Assembly: GCA_963691875.1 (NCBI GenBank) | Contig: OY829846.1 | Coordinates: 3,488,001 to 3,552,000 of the forward strand | Reading direction: 5' to 3' | Length of the DNA stretch: 64,000 nt | From: Aureliella sp. | GTDB lineage: Bacteria > Planctomycetota > Planctomycetia > Pirellulales > Pirellulaceae | Shown: one piece after another, positions 20,915-30,750 of the stretch | Layout: each line of letters begins with the position of its first letter | Position numbering within the stretch: position 1 is the stretch's first letter | Translations under genes and position numbers: made by a program | The notes under the pieces: generated by a model | What the model saw: the letters and a program-made list of their open reading frames with translations, nothing else | The model's database searches: none | What the model was told of the DNA's origin: nothing

Positions 20915-22813
20915 ATGGATTGGATTAGTCCGAGCTACGCACCCAAGAAAAAAACGTCGAAGAAGACCGGCAAGATTGTGAAAGCAAAGAACCGTCGACT
21001 GCCGGGCACTCAGAAAGCTGCGGGTATGAACAAAACTTTGACTGAGAAGATTCAGTCTGCTTTGACGGAACCCACAGATGTTTGGAGTACTCCTTTTGAA
21101 GGGACTTTGGAAAAGTTGGCTTGGCCCAAGGGCGTCACAGCCGAGAGCAGTTTCTTATTTTCGGCTTTGATTCAGGAGCAAGCAGACGTTCTAGCTCTAA
21201 CCGGGATTTCTTCGAGCAAACTTGCCACAATCTTCCCTGCGATTCAGGACGGTTCCGCCGAAGAGCAGGGAGGTCAGCTAGAGCAGCAAGCATTTCACTG
21301 GCTTGAGCGAATCAATGAGTCCCCTTCGGCAGCCTTGGCCACCATTGCTTTGGCTTGGCAGATTGCTAGACATGCCGGGGAATCAGGTGGCGAGTGGCGA
21401 TCCAAGTGGATTCTGTCGGCCCTGGAGACAACTCAGTCTACTAAGCTGGATGAAGAAGCCTGTATATTGACGCGACTCGCAATTGATTGCGAACTCCCGC
21501 TACTGATGACAGTTGCGACTTCAAACTTGGATCGGACATCTTTGACCGAAGCCAGTCAAGCGATGGACAATCTGGCGGAGTACCTAGAGTGCGCATCCGA
21601 GGATTCGAGCTTTTGGATCCGTTACGGAGCAACTTGTCTTCGAGCTAATCTGGCGAGTGTTCTGCGATGCCGCGTTCTAGCTGACGCGATTGGCTTTCGT
21701 GAATGGTATGCACCTCAACAAAAAGCGATCGCCGAACTCTTGATTCATGCATCACGCTGGGCGCGTCCGGATGGCACACAGTTGCTTGCCGCGGATTCAG
21801 TGGCGCCCAAAGCTCAAGCCGTATGGGATGCGCTCGCCTTACAGACTCGCAATCCCAAGAAGCTCTCGGCAGTCATGATTTTGTCTGGCTTGGCGAAGGG
21901 AAAACGCTCGGATGCCAAAGAAAGCGTCCCGGTGACAAAACTTCCAGCATTGACGCAATACAGCGAAAGTGCTGCTTGCGCTGTTGCCCAGAGTGACTGG
22001 CGAAACAAAGGATGTCGAATAGCCGCCGAATACTCTAAAGCCAACATGTGCATCGAAGCCTTAGGACCCAAAGGGAAAACGGTTCTCGCTGGCGAGTGGA
22101 CCTTGGACGTCCTGATTGAAGGAAAGCAACAATCACAAACGGGAGACTGGCAGGAAGTTTGTTGGTTCAGCGACGAAGACGTGGATTACCTTGAGTTGGA
22201 AACTCAATTCGGAGACGGGATCCGCGTTCAGCGACAGTTTGCGTTGCTGCGTGCCGAGCGTCTGCTGTACTTATCCGATTCAGTGCTGGCAGAGAAGGAA
22301 TGCGGCTTGAGCCTGCAGAGCCGCATTCCGATGGGCTCTGCTTCTGAGTTTTCGCCAGCCGAAAAGACAACAGAAGGCTTTATCGAATCGGATGCAGGAA
22401 GAAGTCTATTGCTACCGCTTTTCTTACCAGAATGGCGGCGACAAGTATCTATCAGTAGCAGTCGCGATAGCTTCACCTCAGTCGGTAGTAGCTTGCTCAC
22501 TAAAGTGCATCAGACTTCCAAGCGTGTTTACAATCCCGTATTGATCAGCCTCTGCAGTTCGCACGCCAAGCAAGCTTTCACCTGGCGGCATTTGACCGTG
22601 GCAGACGAACTTCGCATTGTGCGTCCCGAGGAAGCCCAAGCCTTCCGAGTTCAGTTTGGAACCGACCAGTTCTTCGTGTACCGAAATCTAGACAGAGCCG
22701 TTCGACGGACAGCACTCGGGTTCCATACTTTTGATGACTTCTTCATTGGACGATTCGACTCGGAAGATGGAGAAATGGACACTATTGTTCAGGTGGAAGC
22801 AACTGCATCTTGA
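20915..22813 (+). CDS. Hypothetical protein; C-terminal region resembles heparinase II/III-like beta-sandwich
   Basis: 632-aa ORF; 'RPDG' motif then beta-rich 'VCWFSDEDVDYLELE..RVQRQ..LYLSD'. Fold assignment is tentative. Confidence 0.7.
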   Translation: MDWISPSYAPKKKTSKKTGKIVKAKNRRLPGTQKAAGMNKTLTEKIQSALTEPTDVWSTPFEGTLEKLAWPKGVTAESSFLFSALIQEQADVLALTGISSSKLATIFPAIQDGSAEEQGGQLEQQAFHWLERINESPSAALATIALAWQIARHAGESGGEWRSKWILSALETTQSTKLDEEACILTRLAIDCELPLLMTVATSNLDRTSLTEASQAMDNLAEYLECASEDSSFWIRYGATCLRANLASVLRCRVLADAIGFREWYAPQQKAIAELLIHASRWARPDGTQLLAADSVAPKAQAVWDALALQTRNPKKLSAVMILSGLAKGKRSDAKESVPVTKLPALTQYSESAACAVAQSDWRNKGCRIAAEYSKANMCIEALGPKGKTVLAGEWTLDVLIEGKQQSQTGDWQEVCWFSDEDVDYLELETQFGDGIRVQRQFALLRAERLLYLSDSVLAEKECGLSLQSRIPMGSASEFSPAEKTTEGFIESDAGRSLLLPLFLPEWRRQVSISSSRDSFTSVGSSLLTKVHQTSKRVYNPVLISLCSSHAKQAFTWRHLTVADELRIVRPEEAQAFRVQFGTDQFFVYRNLDRAVRRTALGFHTFDDFFIGRFDSEDGEMDTIVQVEATAS

Positions 22814-22846
22814 CTTAAGCAGGCTTGATTGAAGGATTTACGAACC

Positions 22847-23554
22847 ATGACCGATTCAGCCATACTCGTTCAGAACAATTGGAACTGCGTTCAAGAGGCA
22901 GTCCAGGCTGCTGCCGACGAGTCGCAGTGGGAGCAAGAGGTTCAAGTCATCGGAGTCAGCAAGTACGTCGATGCACCGCAAACAAACCTGTTAGTCCAAG
23001 CTGGCTGCCAGGAGCTGGGAGAGAACCGCCCCCAGGTCTTATGGGAAAAGTTTGACTGGTTTGCACAGGAGCACTCGACTCAGCCGCAGTGGCACATGAT
23101 CGGACATTTGCAACGCAATAAAGTGCGCCGCACTTTACCAATGCTCAAGATGATTCACTCAGTCGACAGCCTTCGGTTGGCGAAAACGCTGGAGGATGAG
23201 GCCGCGAAAATCGAACGAAGGATTGCCATTCTTGCGGAAGTCAACGTCACACAAGACGATTCAAAGACTGGAATGCCCGAAAGCGAGTTGCCTCCCTTTC
23301 TTGAGCAGATCGCTGACATGCCACACTTGGAGCTTCGAGGACTCATGGCGATGTCGACGCATTTTGCCGGCGGCGGCCAAGCCCGCGCTGAGTTCGCACA
23401 AGTCCGCGAATTACGCGATCGACTTCAGGCTGCATTCCCCAAGTTCGAACTTCGCGAACTCTCTATGGGCATGAGCGGGGATTTCCGCGAAGCCATCTTA
23501 GAAGGAGCCACACTTGTCCGCATCGGCTCCAGCCTTTGGGAAGGCATTCGCTAG
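22847..23554 (+). CDS. yggS: PLP homeostasis protein YggS/PLPBP
   Basis: 'IGVSKY', 'LGENRPQ', 'WHMIGHLQRNK', 'HSVDSLRLA', 'LSMGMSGDF..AI.EGAT.VRIGS'. Confidence 0.95.
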   Translation: MTDSAILVQNNWNCVQEAVQAAADESQWEQEVQVIGVSKYVDAPQTNLLVQAGCQELGENRPQVLWEKFDWFAQEHSTQPQWHMIGHLQRNKVRRTLPMLKMIHSVDSLRLAKTLEDEAAKIERRIAILAEVNVTQDDSKTGMPESELPPFLEQIADMPHLELRGLMAMSTHFAGGGQARAEFAQVRELRDRLQAAFPKFELRELSMGMSGDFREAILEGATLVRIGSSLWEGIR

Positions 23555-23624
23555 CGGATGTTAGTTAGAAAGCCTTTTCCAATAGAATTGCGACGGTAAA
23601 GTTTGGGATTTCTGGCGAATCCCA

Positions 23625-24848
23625 CTACACCATAATTATGTGACGATGCTGGGCGGAGCTGAAGAGGTTGGTGTGGTCGAACTGGTCGACGAGATGCTGA
23701 AGCTCTCGGTTCTCCTGCAAAGCGCCGACTCCGATGTTCTCGAGTGACGACGAGTGCATTCCGGAAACCAAATAGAGGTGCTTGTCACGAGTGGCTTGGT
23801 GAACCAAGGCGGCAGCGAGCGAATCATCTGCGTCGTCTTTGTTGAGCTTCTTGGCAAGAGCCACGTCATCGGCGGCTTGATCTCGCCGCAAGCGACTCAT
23901 GCTCTTGCCCATTGTTTCGTTGGCTTGCGTGCACAGTACGATGGCACCGCCGTCGGCTGTACAGCGATTTGCCACGTGAAGTGCTCGGCTGATACCTAGC
24001 CAGTTTTGATGAGCGGGTCCACCGTCGACCAAAGCGACGGTGAGGTTGCTTTCCCTGACGCTCGTCTTCCAGAGTTCGTCCATCCGCTGTTCGCAGTACT
24101 TTTCGAGAGGCTCCAGCAAGCCCGCATGAATTTCTGCGATCCGGTCGTTGCCGGCTGGAATCACCTGGATGGAAACTAGGAATCCGGCCCACATTGCAGC
24201 TTGATTTGCAAGGTCCGTCAGGTTTTCGTGAGCCTTGGGATTACCAAGCCCACCTAGGCTGTAGAATGCACCACGAGTCGCTCGATCGGAAAGTAAAGGA
24301 TAGAGGCTATAAGCACCGAGAAAGTCGAGAGCTGAAGTTGGTCGAGCGCAGGTAACCGGAATGACCACATCCGCGTCGACCAAAGTGCGATTCATGTAGA
24401 TCGGATCGGAATCACTATTTGCGGCGACGTAAGCAATCTTTTCTTCGTTGTCTGGATCATGCACTTCGATCGAGATTTCACCGCCTACAGTAGAACAGAC
24501 CTGGTTCTCCAGATCTGGCGGAAGCTGTCTTTGCTCACCAGCGAAGACAAGTTGCATATTCTCGGCCGAACACCCGCGTTCGACGAACCAGCCCAAAATG
24601 GCTGGGAGCAGCTCACCCATCGCGGGCAACAATGGGTCTATCGCAAAGACAACCGAATCTCCGGAAACCAAAGACTGGTCCAAAGAAGGAAACTCGATAG
24701 GCTCCTCGAGGGCTTTAGAAACTGCCGACGCAACATCGTCGAGCGGTTCCGCGTTGGGCTGTAAGAGGCTCGTCACTGAGTCCTTGGCCTCTAATTCCCA
24801 ACACTGATCGAACCCGAATGGAAGCTTGAGTTTGTCGCTAGTTTTCAT
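23625..24848 (-). CDS. LarA (lactate racemase)/DUF2088-like protein, degenerate active site
   Basis: 'ALEEPIEFPSL', 'IEVHDPD', 'IYMNRTLVDADVVIPV', 'GGAIVLCT' follow the LarA layout. Confidence 0.75.
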   Translation of the reverse strand: MKTSDKLKLPFGFDQCWELEAKDSVTSLLQPNAEPLDDVASAVSKALEEPIEFPSLDQSLVSGDSVVFAIDPLLPAMGELLPAILGWFVERGCSAENMQLVFAGEQRQLPPDLENQVCSTVGGEISIEVHDPDNEEKIAYVAANSDSDPIYMNRTLVDADVVIPVTCARPTSALDFLGAYSLYPLLSDRATRGAFYSLGGLGNPKAHENLTDLANQAAMWAGFLVSIQVIPAGNDRIAEIHAGLLEPLEKYCEQRMDELWKTSVRESNLTVALVDGGPAHQNWLGISRALHVANRCTADGGAIVLCTQANETMGKSMSRLRRDQAADDVALAKKLNKDDADDSLAAALVHQATRDKHLYLVSGMHSSSLENIGVGALQENRELQHLVDQFDHTNLFSSAQHRHIIMV

Positions 24849-25061
24849 TTTCGTGGGATGGATTCTAGATTGCCAGCATTGGTTCACGTTGCCGGCGCCT
24901 GCCGGATTTGTTACCTAAAACTCGGGAGCCTCTCATTCTATGCCAAGGCTCGGCGTTTGAAGAGGCTTCTTAACCGCGCCGCAAGCTGCGGCGACAGATT
25001 TACCACTGCGCGAGTTGGTGCCTTCACTTTCTCGCACCTTTTGGCGGCCTGGGAAAAAAAG

Positions 25062-27521
25062 ATGCATAGACTGATCGCAGTTGTATTGGGCCTGGGAATG
25101 CTTGCCGCATGCGATCGTAGCAAGCCTGCTCCAAGCAAAGAGATGGTGAAAGCCACGGAGCCTGCCAAAGCTAGCAACAATGACGTGCTCGTCAGTCAGG
25201 CTCTGTCACCAAAGTCTACTATTCAAGAGTGCTTGTCGGCCTACGGTAGACTACGCAGCTACCAAGACAACGCCTACGTCGCTCTGCGTTATGACTCCAA
25301 CGGCCAGACGTATCGCGACCGTGCACCCGTTAGAATCGCCTGGGAACGTGACGGACAGATCGGATTTCAAGTCTACTCGGTTCGGGCTGGCCCAGGAGAA
25401 AACCGTTGGCGTTTGCGGATTGACCGCGAAGACCTGGCAGATCCCAATCAAGTACTCAGTCGAGCGAAGCCGAAACAAGTCGACTTTAGCTGGCTGCTGG
25501 CAGACTCTGTGGTCAGCCAGAGTCTCTCCGCAGGATTGGCTGGATTTCCGCCTCAGTTTGACTTGCTGCTTAGCGAAAAACCACTTTCTGGCTTAATCAA
25601 CGCGTCCGCGCAGCTCGCCTTTCGCAGTTCTGAGCAAATCGACGGACGTGCCTGCCATGTCATCGATGTAACTCGTCAGCGACTGACGTATCGACTCTTT
25701 ATCGACAAAGCATCCATGATGTTGCGACGTATGAAACTGCCGGCTGAAAACCTGCCGGCTGAGATACGGGACAACATTAATGTCACCAAGTTGAGCTTGT
25801 GCATCGAGTTCGAAGGCATTCAGACCAACCAAGCCGTGGACTGGGCGGAATTCGAAGTTGATACCAAGGCAAGCGACCTGATGATAAACCACTTTGTGGC
25901 AGTTCCGCCTACAACTAATGTCGATGTACTTGGCATTAAAGTACCGGCGTTCGAACTACGCGATGCTTCGGGCGCAATAGCTTTTAGAGCTCTGAGTCAA
26001 AACAGCTCAGATCAGAAGATCCGTGTCCTAGTTTGGCTGGCAGATCATCCGACTTCGGAAGTTGCAAGCGAACAGCTTCGACAAGCATGGGAGAATTGGC
26101 AGACGATTCCTGAATTCAAAGGCCGCGTTGAGCTGATTCCGATTTGGGCCGAACCGAAGCCACCGAAGGGTGAAACGTTTGCCACGCTCAAACAGCGTCA
26201 GGAGTTTGCCAGTGTCTTGGCTTTGGACAATCGAGCCTTGGGCCGCGATTTGTTTAGTATTGAAGAGGCACCAAGCGTTGTCATTCTGGACGGCCAGAAT
26301 CGAGTCCAGCGTGTCGAGTCTGGTGTCAACCCCGTGCTCGGCCAACTTCTAACCGATTCCTTGCAAAGGCTTTTGGACGGTGAAGATTTGGCGATTCAAC
26401 AGATAGCGCAGGCTCGAGATTTAAACCGGCGCTATGAAGCGGAACTCAGACGGGCTCTTACGCTAGACCGGAAACTAGATCGTCGAACGATTGCGCTCTC
26501 TCGATACTCCCCCCAGTTCTTTGATTTGAACGCACTTGAAACAGTTGAGACTGGCGGCGAAGTTGTATTGGCTGTGAACGGACCGAATCAGAGGTTGTGG
26601 GAATTGAACCGCGATGGACGCCTCACCGTGCGTGAACCTCGTTCGCCAAAAGTCGAACTAGAGTTTCACCCAGAGTGGACGTTGACGGATGACGCAGAGA
26701 TGCTCGTCGCCCCTGGAGCGAGATTCATCGCCTATGCATCGAGCGCAAAAAAGACAGTGCAGATATTTGACCTAGAGACGCAGCGAAATCAAACGGTGTC
26801 ATTGCGAATCGAAGCCCCACCAAACCAATTCACTTGGCTCGCCTTGCATGGTAGCGATGTTCCTCGATTGGCTGCGATCACTGCAAACAACGAGTTGCTT
26901 CTCTTAGATCCAGCCAACCACGAGCAACTCAGCGGACGCTGCCCGACAGCGCCTGTTGCTTTCTTGACGAAGCCTGACCAATCGGGCACGGTGCAAGGTC
27001 AAATCGTGTTGGCCGATGGAAGAATAGAGTCCTTGCGGCTCGACCCGCAATCGACACATCAAGCCCTACCGCTTCTCGGACGGAAAGCCGCCTTTAGCAG
27101 CGGGCCATCTTCTGAGGAAAAGAAGCTCGCCTTCGAACCAGACTTCGGACCCTGGGTAACATGGCGCAACGACGAGAAGGCTAGAACCCTAGCCCGAGGC
27201 TGGTTGGCTAAAGACGAGCCGGCGGTCTTCATGCTAGGCGACGACTTGCGGCCGATGTGGCACTTCCGAACGCCACTGTCACACGGTGCGGGAGCACCAA
27301 TCAGAGCCTCCGTGACACAAGATCCTGCAACAGGGCTGGCAATCTGGGCTTTCTGTGACGCGGAGCAGACAATCTACATTTTGCGAGAAGATGCTGTGGT
27401 CGACCACTTCCGCGTGAGAGATGATTTTGTGGGACTTGGGATGCATCGCTCTGGAAGCGACCTGTTGTTGAACATCGTCTTCCCGAATCGCAGCGAGACC
27501 TATTCAATAAAGTGGAAGTAA
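25062..27521 (+). CDS. Large lipoprotein: LolA-like region, Cys-less thioredoxin-like domain, beta-propeller-like C-terminus
   Basis: Lipobox 'MHRLIAVVLGLGMLAAC'; 'IDGRACHVIDV..YRLFIDKASMMLRR'; 'VPAFELRD..VLVWLADHP..FSIEEAPSVVILDGQNRV'. Confidence 0.75.
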   Translation: MHRLIAVVLGLGMLAACDRSKPAPSKEMVKATEPAKASNNDVLVSQALSPKSTIQECLSAYGRLRSYQDNAYVALRYDSNGQTYRDRAPVRIAWERDGQIGFQVYSVRAGPGENRWRLRIDREDLADPNQVLSRAKPKQVDFSWLLADSVVSQSLSAGLAGFPPQFDLLLSEKPLSGLINASAQLAFRSSEQIDGRACHVIDVTRQRLTYRLFIDKASMMLRRMKLPAENLPAEIRDNINVTKLSLCIEFEGIQTNQAVDWAEFEVDTKASDLMINHFVAVPPTTNVDVLGIKVPAFELRDASGAIAFRALSQNSSDQKIRVLVWLADHPTSEVASEQLRQAWENWQTIPEFKGRVELIPIWAEPKPPKGETFATLKQRQEFASVLALDNRALGRDLFSIEEAPSVVILDGQNRVQRVESGVNPVLGQLLTDSLQRLLDGEDLAIQQIAQARDLNRRYEAELRRALTLDRKLDRRTIALSRYSPQFFDLNALETVETGGEVVLAVNGPNQRLWELNRDGRLTVREPRSPKVELEFHPEWTLTDDAEMLVAPGARFIAYASSAKKTVQIFDLETQRNQTVSLRIEAPPNQFTWLALHGSDVPRLAAITANNELLLLDPANHEQLSGRCPTAPVAFLTKPDQSGTVQGQIVLADGRIESLRLDPQSTHQALPLLGRKAAFSSGPSSEEKKLAFEPDFGPWVTWRNDEKARTLARGWLAKDEPAVFMLGDDLRPMWHFRTPLSHGAGAPIRASVTQDPATGLAIWAFCDAEQTIYILREDAVVDHFRVRDDFVGLGMHRSGSDLLLNIVFPNRSETYSIKWK

Positions 27522-27574
27522 GCCCGAAAACTTACCTCCACTTAAGTTTGAATTGATGCAGCCGAACCGAGCAA

Positions 27575-30439
27575 CTAGCGATTGCGAATGGATTCGGCTC
27601 GCAGAGCAACAGCTGCTGCTTGAGGTGAATCTGCTGGCCCAATTGCGAGAGCGAGCCATCCATCCCGAATATCCAGCTGAGAAACCGCGAGGCCTTGTGC
27701 CCGCTCGTCTTCACTCCATTGTCGGCTGATCAATGGAATCTGTGGGTTGGAAACGAAGATCTTGGAGAAGATTAAGCGTAGTGGCAAGCGATCAGATCTC
27801 CGCTGACTCAAGATTTCAACCACTCCATCCTTCACCAACTCGGCTTCAAGACCAGCTGCAATTGTCATGTAGTTGGTCTTCACCAAGCAGCGTTGGATGT
27901 GCAACTTGCGACTCGGCTGCTTGAGCTCAGCTATTCGCAGAACCAATTGCATTTTGCCCTCGATCATCTCGACAGTCGCGGGACGAGTGTCCGCGAATCG
28001 AATACTAACATCCTCAGGTACATCCTCGGGCAGCGTCCAAGTTTCCTCATCAAAGAAACCGCCAATGTGAGCATAGAGCTCCGCGATGTTCCAAGTACGA
28101 CCGCTTAGACCAAGTTGAGCAATAGCATTATTCAAAGCGCTCTGATGGAACTGCAAACTCATCAGCGAACCCGTGGGAGCCCTTGGCCGTGGAGTATGCG
28201 ATGCCATTTGCAGATTGCTGGCCACTCGGTAACGAACGGTCAATCTCTCATCGGTCGTGTGCATCGAAGCGACTGTCGGATTGAGCTTGAGACGTTGAAG
28301 TGGTCCGAGCAAGCGTTGCTCAAACAGCTGCTCTGCCTTTTGCAGATTAGAGTTCAACTGCCGATCAAGCTCTTCATCTGTTTCCTGTGCGATCATTCGC
28401 TGTGAAATGCGACGGGCTACTCCACGCTTCTGGTCAAACTGCTCACGAATAACGGCTCGTATCAGATCACCAATCACAGGCAGGCTGTCGTAGTCGGTGC
28501 TCATCTTTCGCAAGTAGTCGCGCGACGAAACATCCGTTGGCTCGCGGGACACCGAATAACCATCTCGGGCCACACGAATATGACGACTGCTATTGATTTT
28601 CGCCGTTGACGTACTGTGGAATACTGCCGGCCCGTGACTGGCTTGAGTGTTGCTGAGCATGTCACCTTCAACAGTTAGCCCAAAGTGCCAACCGGCCGAA
28701 TCTGGAATCAGTTGCAAGTGCATTTCGGTTTCGACTGCGCTGTTTCCACGCGTGTCAGCACCCAAAATACGTTTCCGAATTGGGCGAATTTCATGATGAC
28801 CACTCGGCAGGAATCGTTCAAGCAGTTCAGCAGTTACACTCAGACGCATATTTGCGTTACGGTAGTGACGACTGACCATCTGCGCTAAGAAGCGGTGCTC
28901 ATCACTACTTGAAACGGTCAACCAGTATGCCGCTTCTGCTATGTCAGTCATGTTGCGGTTGATTGGATTGGCTTCCATCTCCTCGATGTTCGCAAGCAAT
29001 TCTCGATAATCGACGTTCTGACGGTCCGCCAACGAGAGTGTTGCCGCCAAGTCCTGGAATTCTCTTCCGCTCAGCATGGCTTGCTGAGCTGGTTCTAAGT
29101 CACGCCATTGCAAGCGCTCACGAACCTTGGAGATCAACTCTGGATTCTCGACTAAGTTCGATTGAGGTAGTTGGAGCCATTGCGACAGCTCGTCGACCAT
29201 CAGGAACTGACGCCAGGCCACGCCTTCAGCCGTATCGCCTAGCTTCTGCTGAACGTTTCCTACTACCTGAAGCAAACTTTCGTTGGTGCGTTCAGGACTG
29301 CGGGCCGACGATGACAAAGCAATCGACGTCGAATCCAAACAGTTACGAACCGCAAGCCAGACATCTGCTCGGCGCTGAACACTGTAGCTAATGCGAATCA
29401 CATCGGCGGCAAGTTCATAGTCTGCCAAGGACTCAACCTGCCTCGCAATTTGGATGGCAGAGTTAGCCAACCCTTCGATCTCAATCTGGCTTTGCGGGTT
29501 TTCAAGCCCGAATTCAAATACGATTCTCTTCAGCGCCCCGCGACTCTCTGCAATCCAGCTGGTCAGCTTGCGGCGCGATGTTGCGTCCAAGCTGGAGCTC
29601 GTTGCAATACTTGGTTCAGCTACATAGCGATTGCTCGCACTATCGCGAACTGCGATACGCTGCTCGAGGCGATCAAAACTGAGCATCAACGAATCTGGTT
29701 GCGGCATCTTGGCCTTCAACACAACTGGCGCTGGTGGAGCAGCCGTCGCTGGTTTGGCAACCATGAGAGTTTTAGGCTCCGGATTGTTCGGCTCCGAAAC
29801 TTCACGCTCAGTAACGTCTTCAGAAAGACCTATCTCTTGTTTCGCTGCTTCTGCAGGCGATACTTCCGCACCGTTAAACGGAAGCGCAAGAACGGCTGAC
29901 TCTGGCTCGTCTGTTTTCGCAGTCTCGGAATCATCGATGATCGTCCGTTGTGAGCTCACCACAGCGTTCCGCCTCTCGAACGCCTTGTCCATGGACTCCA
30001 TCAAGTAGTTCAAGTCGTGACTATTCGAATGAAGCGGCAATTCGGCAAGCTGCGAATCTGCAATGGGTGCCCCCAGCGAGACATTGGCGACAGGTTCTGG
30101 TGGTTGTTGAACAAGAAGCCTCTCCTCCGAAGCCTTATTCTCAACCCGTTGAATCGAGGCTTGATCCACTGCAGGAAAGCTCTCGGTGGTCTCAGTAAGA
30201 GACGGGTTCACGGCGAGCAGGATTCCCTTCTCAGAGTCTACCACCTTCTCTTCTGCGGTCGCGTTAGACAGCTGGGCAAGGCTATCCAAAGCTTCCTTTT
30301 CCTTTGTTTCTTCTTCGAGATGAAGGGCCGTAGGGGCAGTAGGCTCCTCCAAATGTTTATCCACAACCAAAAAGGTAAGTGAAAGGATGACAGCTGCGGA
30401 AGTTGATGCCACCCATCCTCGATAACCCCGACGGCGCAT
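27575..30439 (-). CDS. Large membrane-anchored hypothetical protein (acidic linker, helical middle, beta-rich C-terminal half)
   Basis: 954-aa ORF with a single N-terminal TM after 'MRRR'. Confidence 0.8.
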   Translation of the reverse strand: MRRRGYRGWVASTSAAVILSLTFLVVDKHLEEPTAPTALHLEEETKEKEALDSLAQLSNATAEEKVVDSEKGILLAVNPSLTETTESFPAVDQASIQRVENKASEERLLVQQPPEPVANVSLGAPIADSQLAELPLHSNSHDLNYLMESMDKAFERRNAVVSSQRTIIDDSETAKTDEPESAVLALPFNGAEVSPAEAAKQEIGLSEDVTEREVSEPNNPEPKTLMVAKPATAAPPAPVVLKAKMPQPDSLMLSFDRLEQRIAVRDSASNRYVAEPSIATSSSLDATSRRKLTSWIAESRGALKRIVFEFGLENPQSQIEIEGLANSAIQIARQVESLADYELAADVIRISYSVQRRADVWLAVRNCLDSTSIALSSSARSPERTNESLLQVVGNVQQKLGDTAEGVAWRQFLMVDELSQWLQLPQSNLVENPELISKVRERLQWRDLEPAQQAMLSGREFQDLAATLSLADRQNVDYRELLANIEEMEANPINRNMTDIAEAAYWLTVSSSDEHRFLAQMVSRHYRNANMRLSVTAELLERFLPSGHHEIRPIRKRILGADTRGNSAVETEMHLQLIPDSAGWHFGLTVEGDMLSNTQASHGPAVFHSTSTAKINSSRHIRVARDGYSVSREPTDVSSRDYLRKMSTDYDSLPVIGDLIRAVIREQFDQKRGVARRISQRMIAQETDEELDRQLNSNLQKAEQLFEQRLLGPLQRLKLNPTVASMHTTDERLTVRYRVASNLQMASHTPRPRAPTGSLMSLQFHQSALNNAIAQLGLSGRTWNIAELYAHIGGFFDEETWTLPEDVPEDVSIRFADTRPATVEMIEGKMQLVLRIAELKQPSRKLHIQRCLVKTNYMTIAAGLEAELVKDGVVEILSQRRSDRLPLRLIFSKIFVSNPQIPLISRQWSEDERAQGLAVSQLDIRDGWLALAIGPADSPQAAAVALRAESIRNR

Positions 30440-30750
30440 TCAGCTTATCCCTAGTGAAATTGTGAGTGCTTGAAAAATGTCGTTTCGATGACGACAACCA
30501 CGAATAGAGTAGGGAACGCAGCTGCATCAACACTCAGGAAAATAACCTAGCGAACGAAGTTGATGCTGAAGCGGGGGAAGCTTCAAGCCGAAACTGCAGC
30601 TCTAGTTGATACCGCAGGATCGAATTCAGGATGCTCCAATGACTGCAACGCCCACCAAATGGGTTGATCGGTCGTCGGAGGATCGGAACCGTAACCGCTC
30701 TCTCACGGAATCCTGAGCGTCAATTACTGCGGTAGGGACGGGCAAGATAG

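Noticed and set aside
24858..25061. N-terminal extension of the 887-aa ORF
   Set aside because: Overlaps the promoter space of the divergent gene; the lipoprotein signal starts at 25062.
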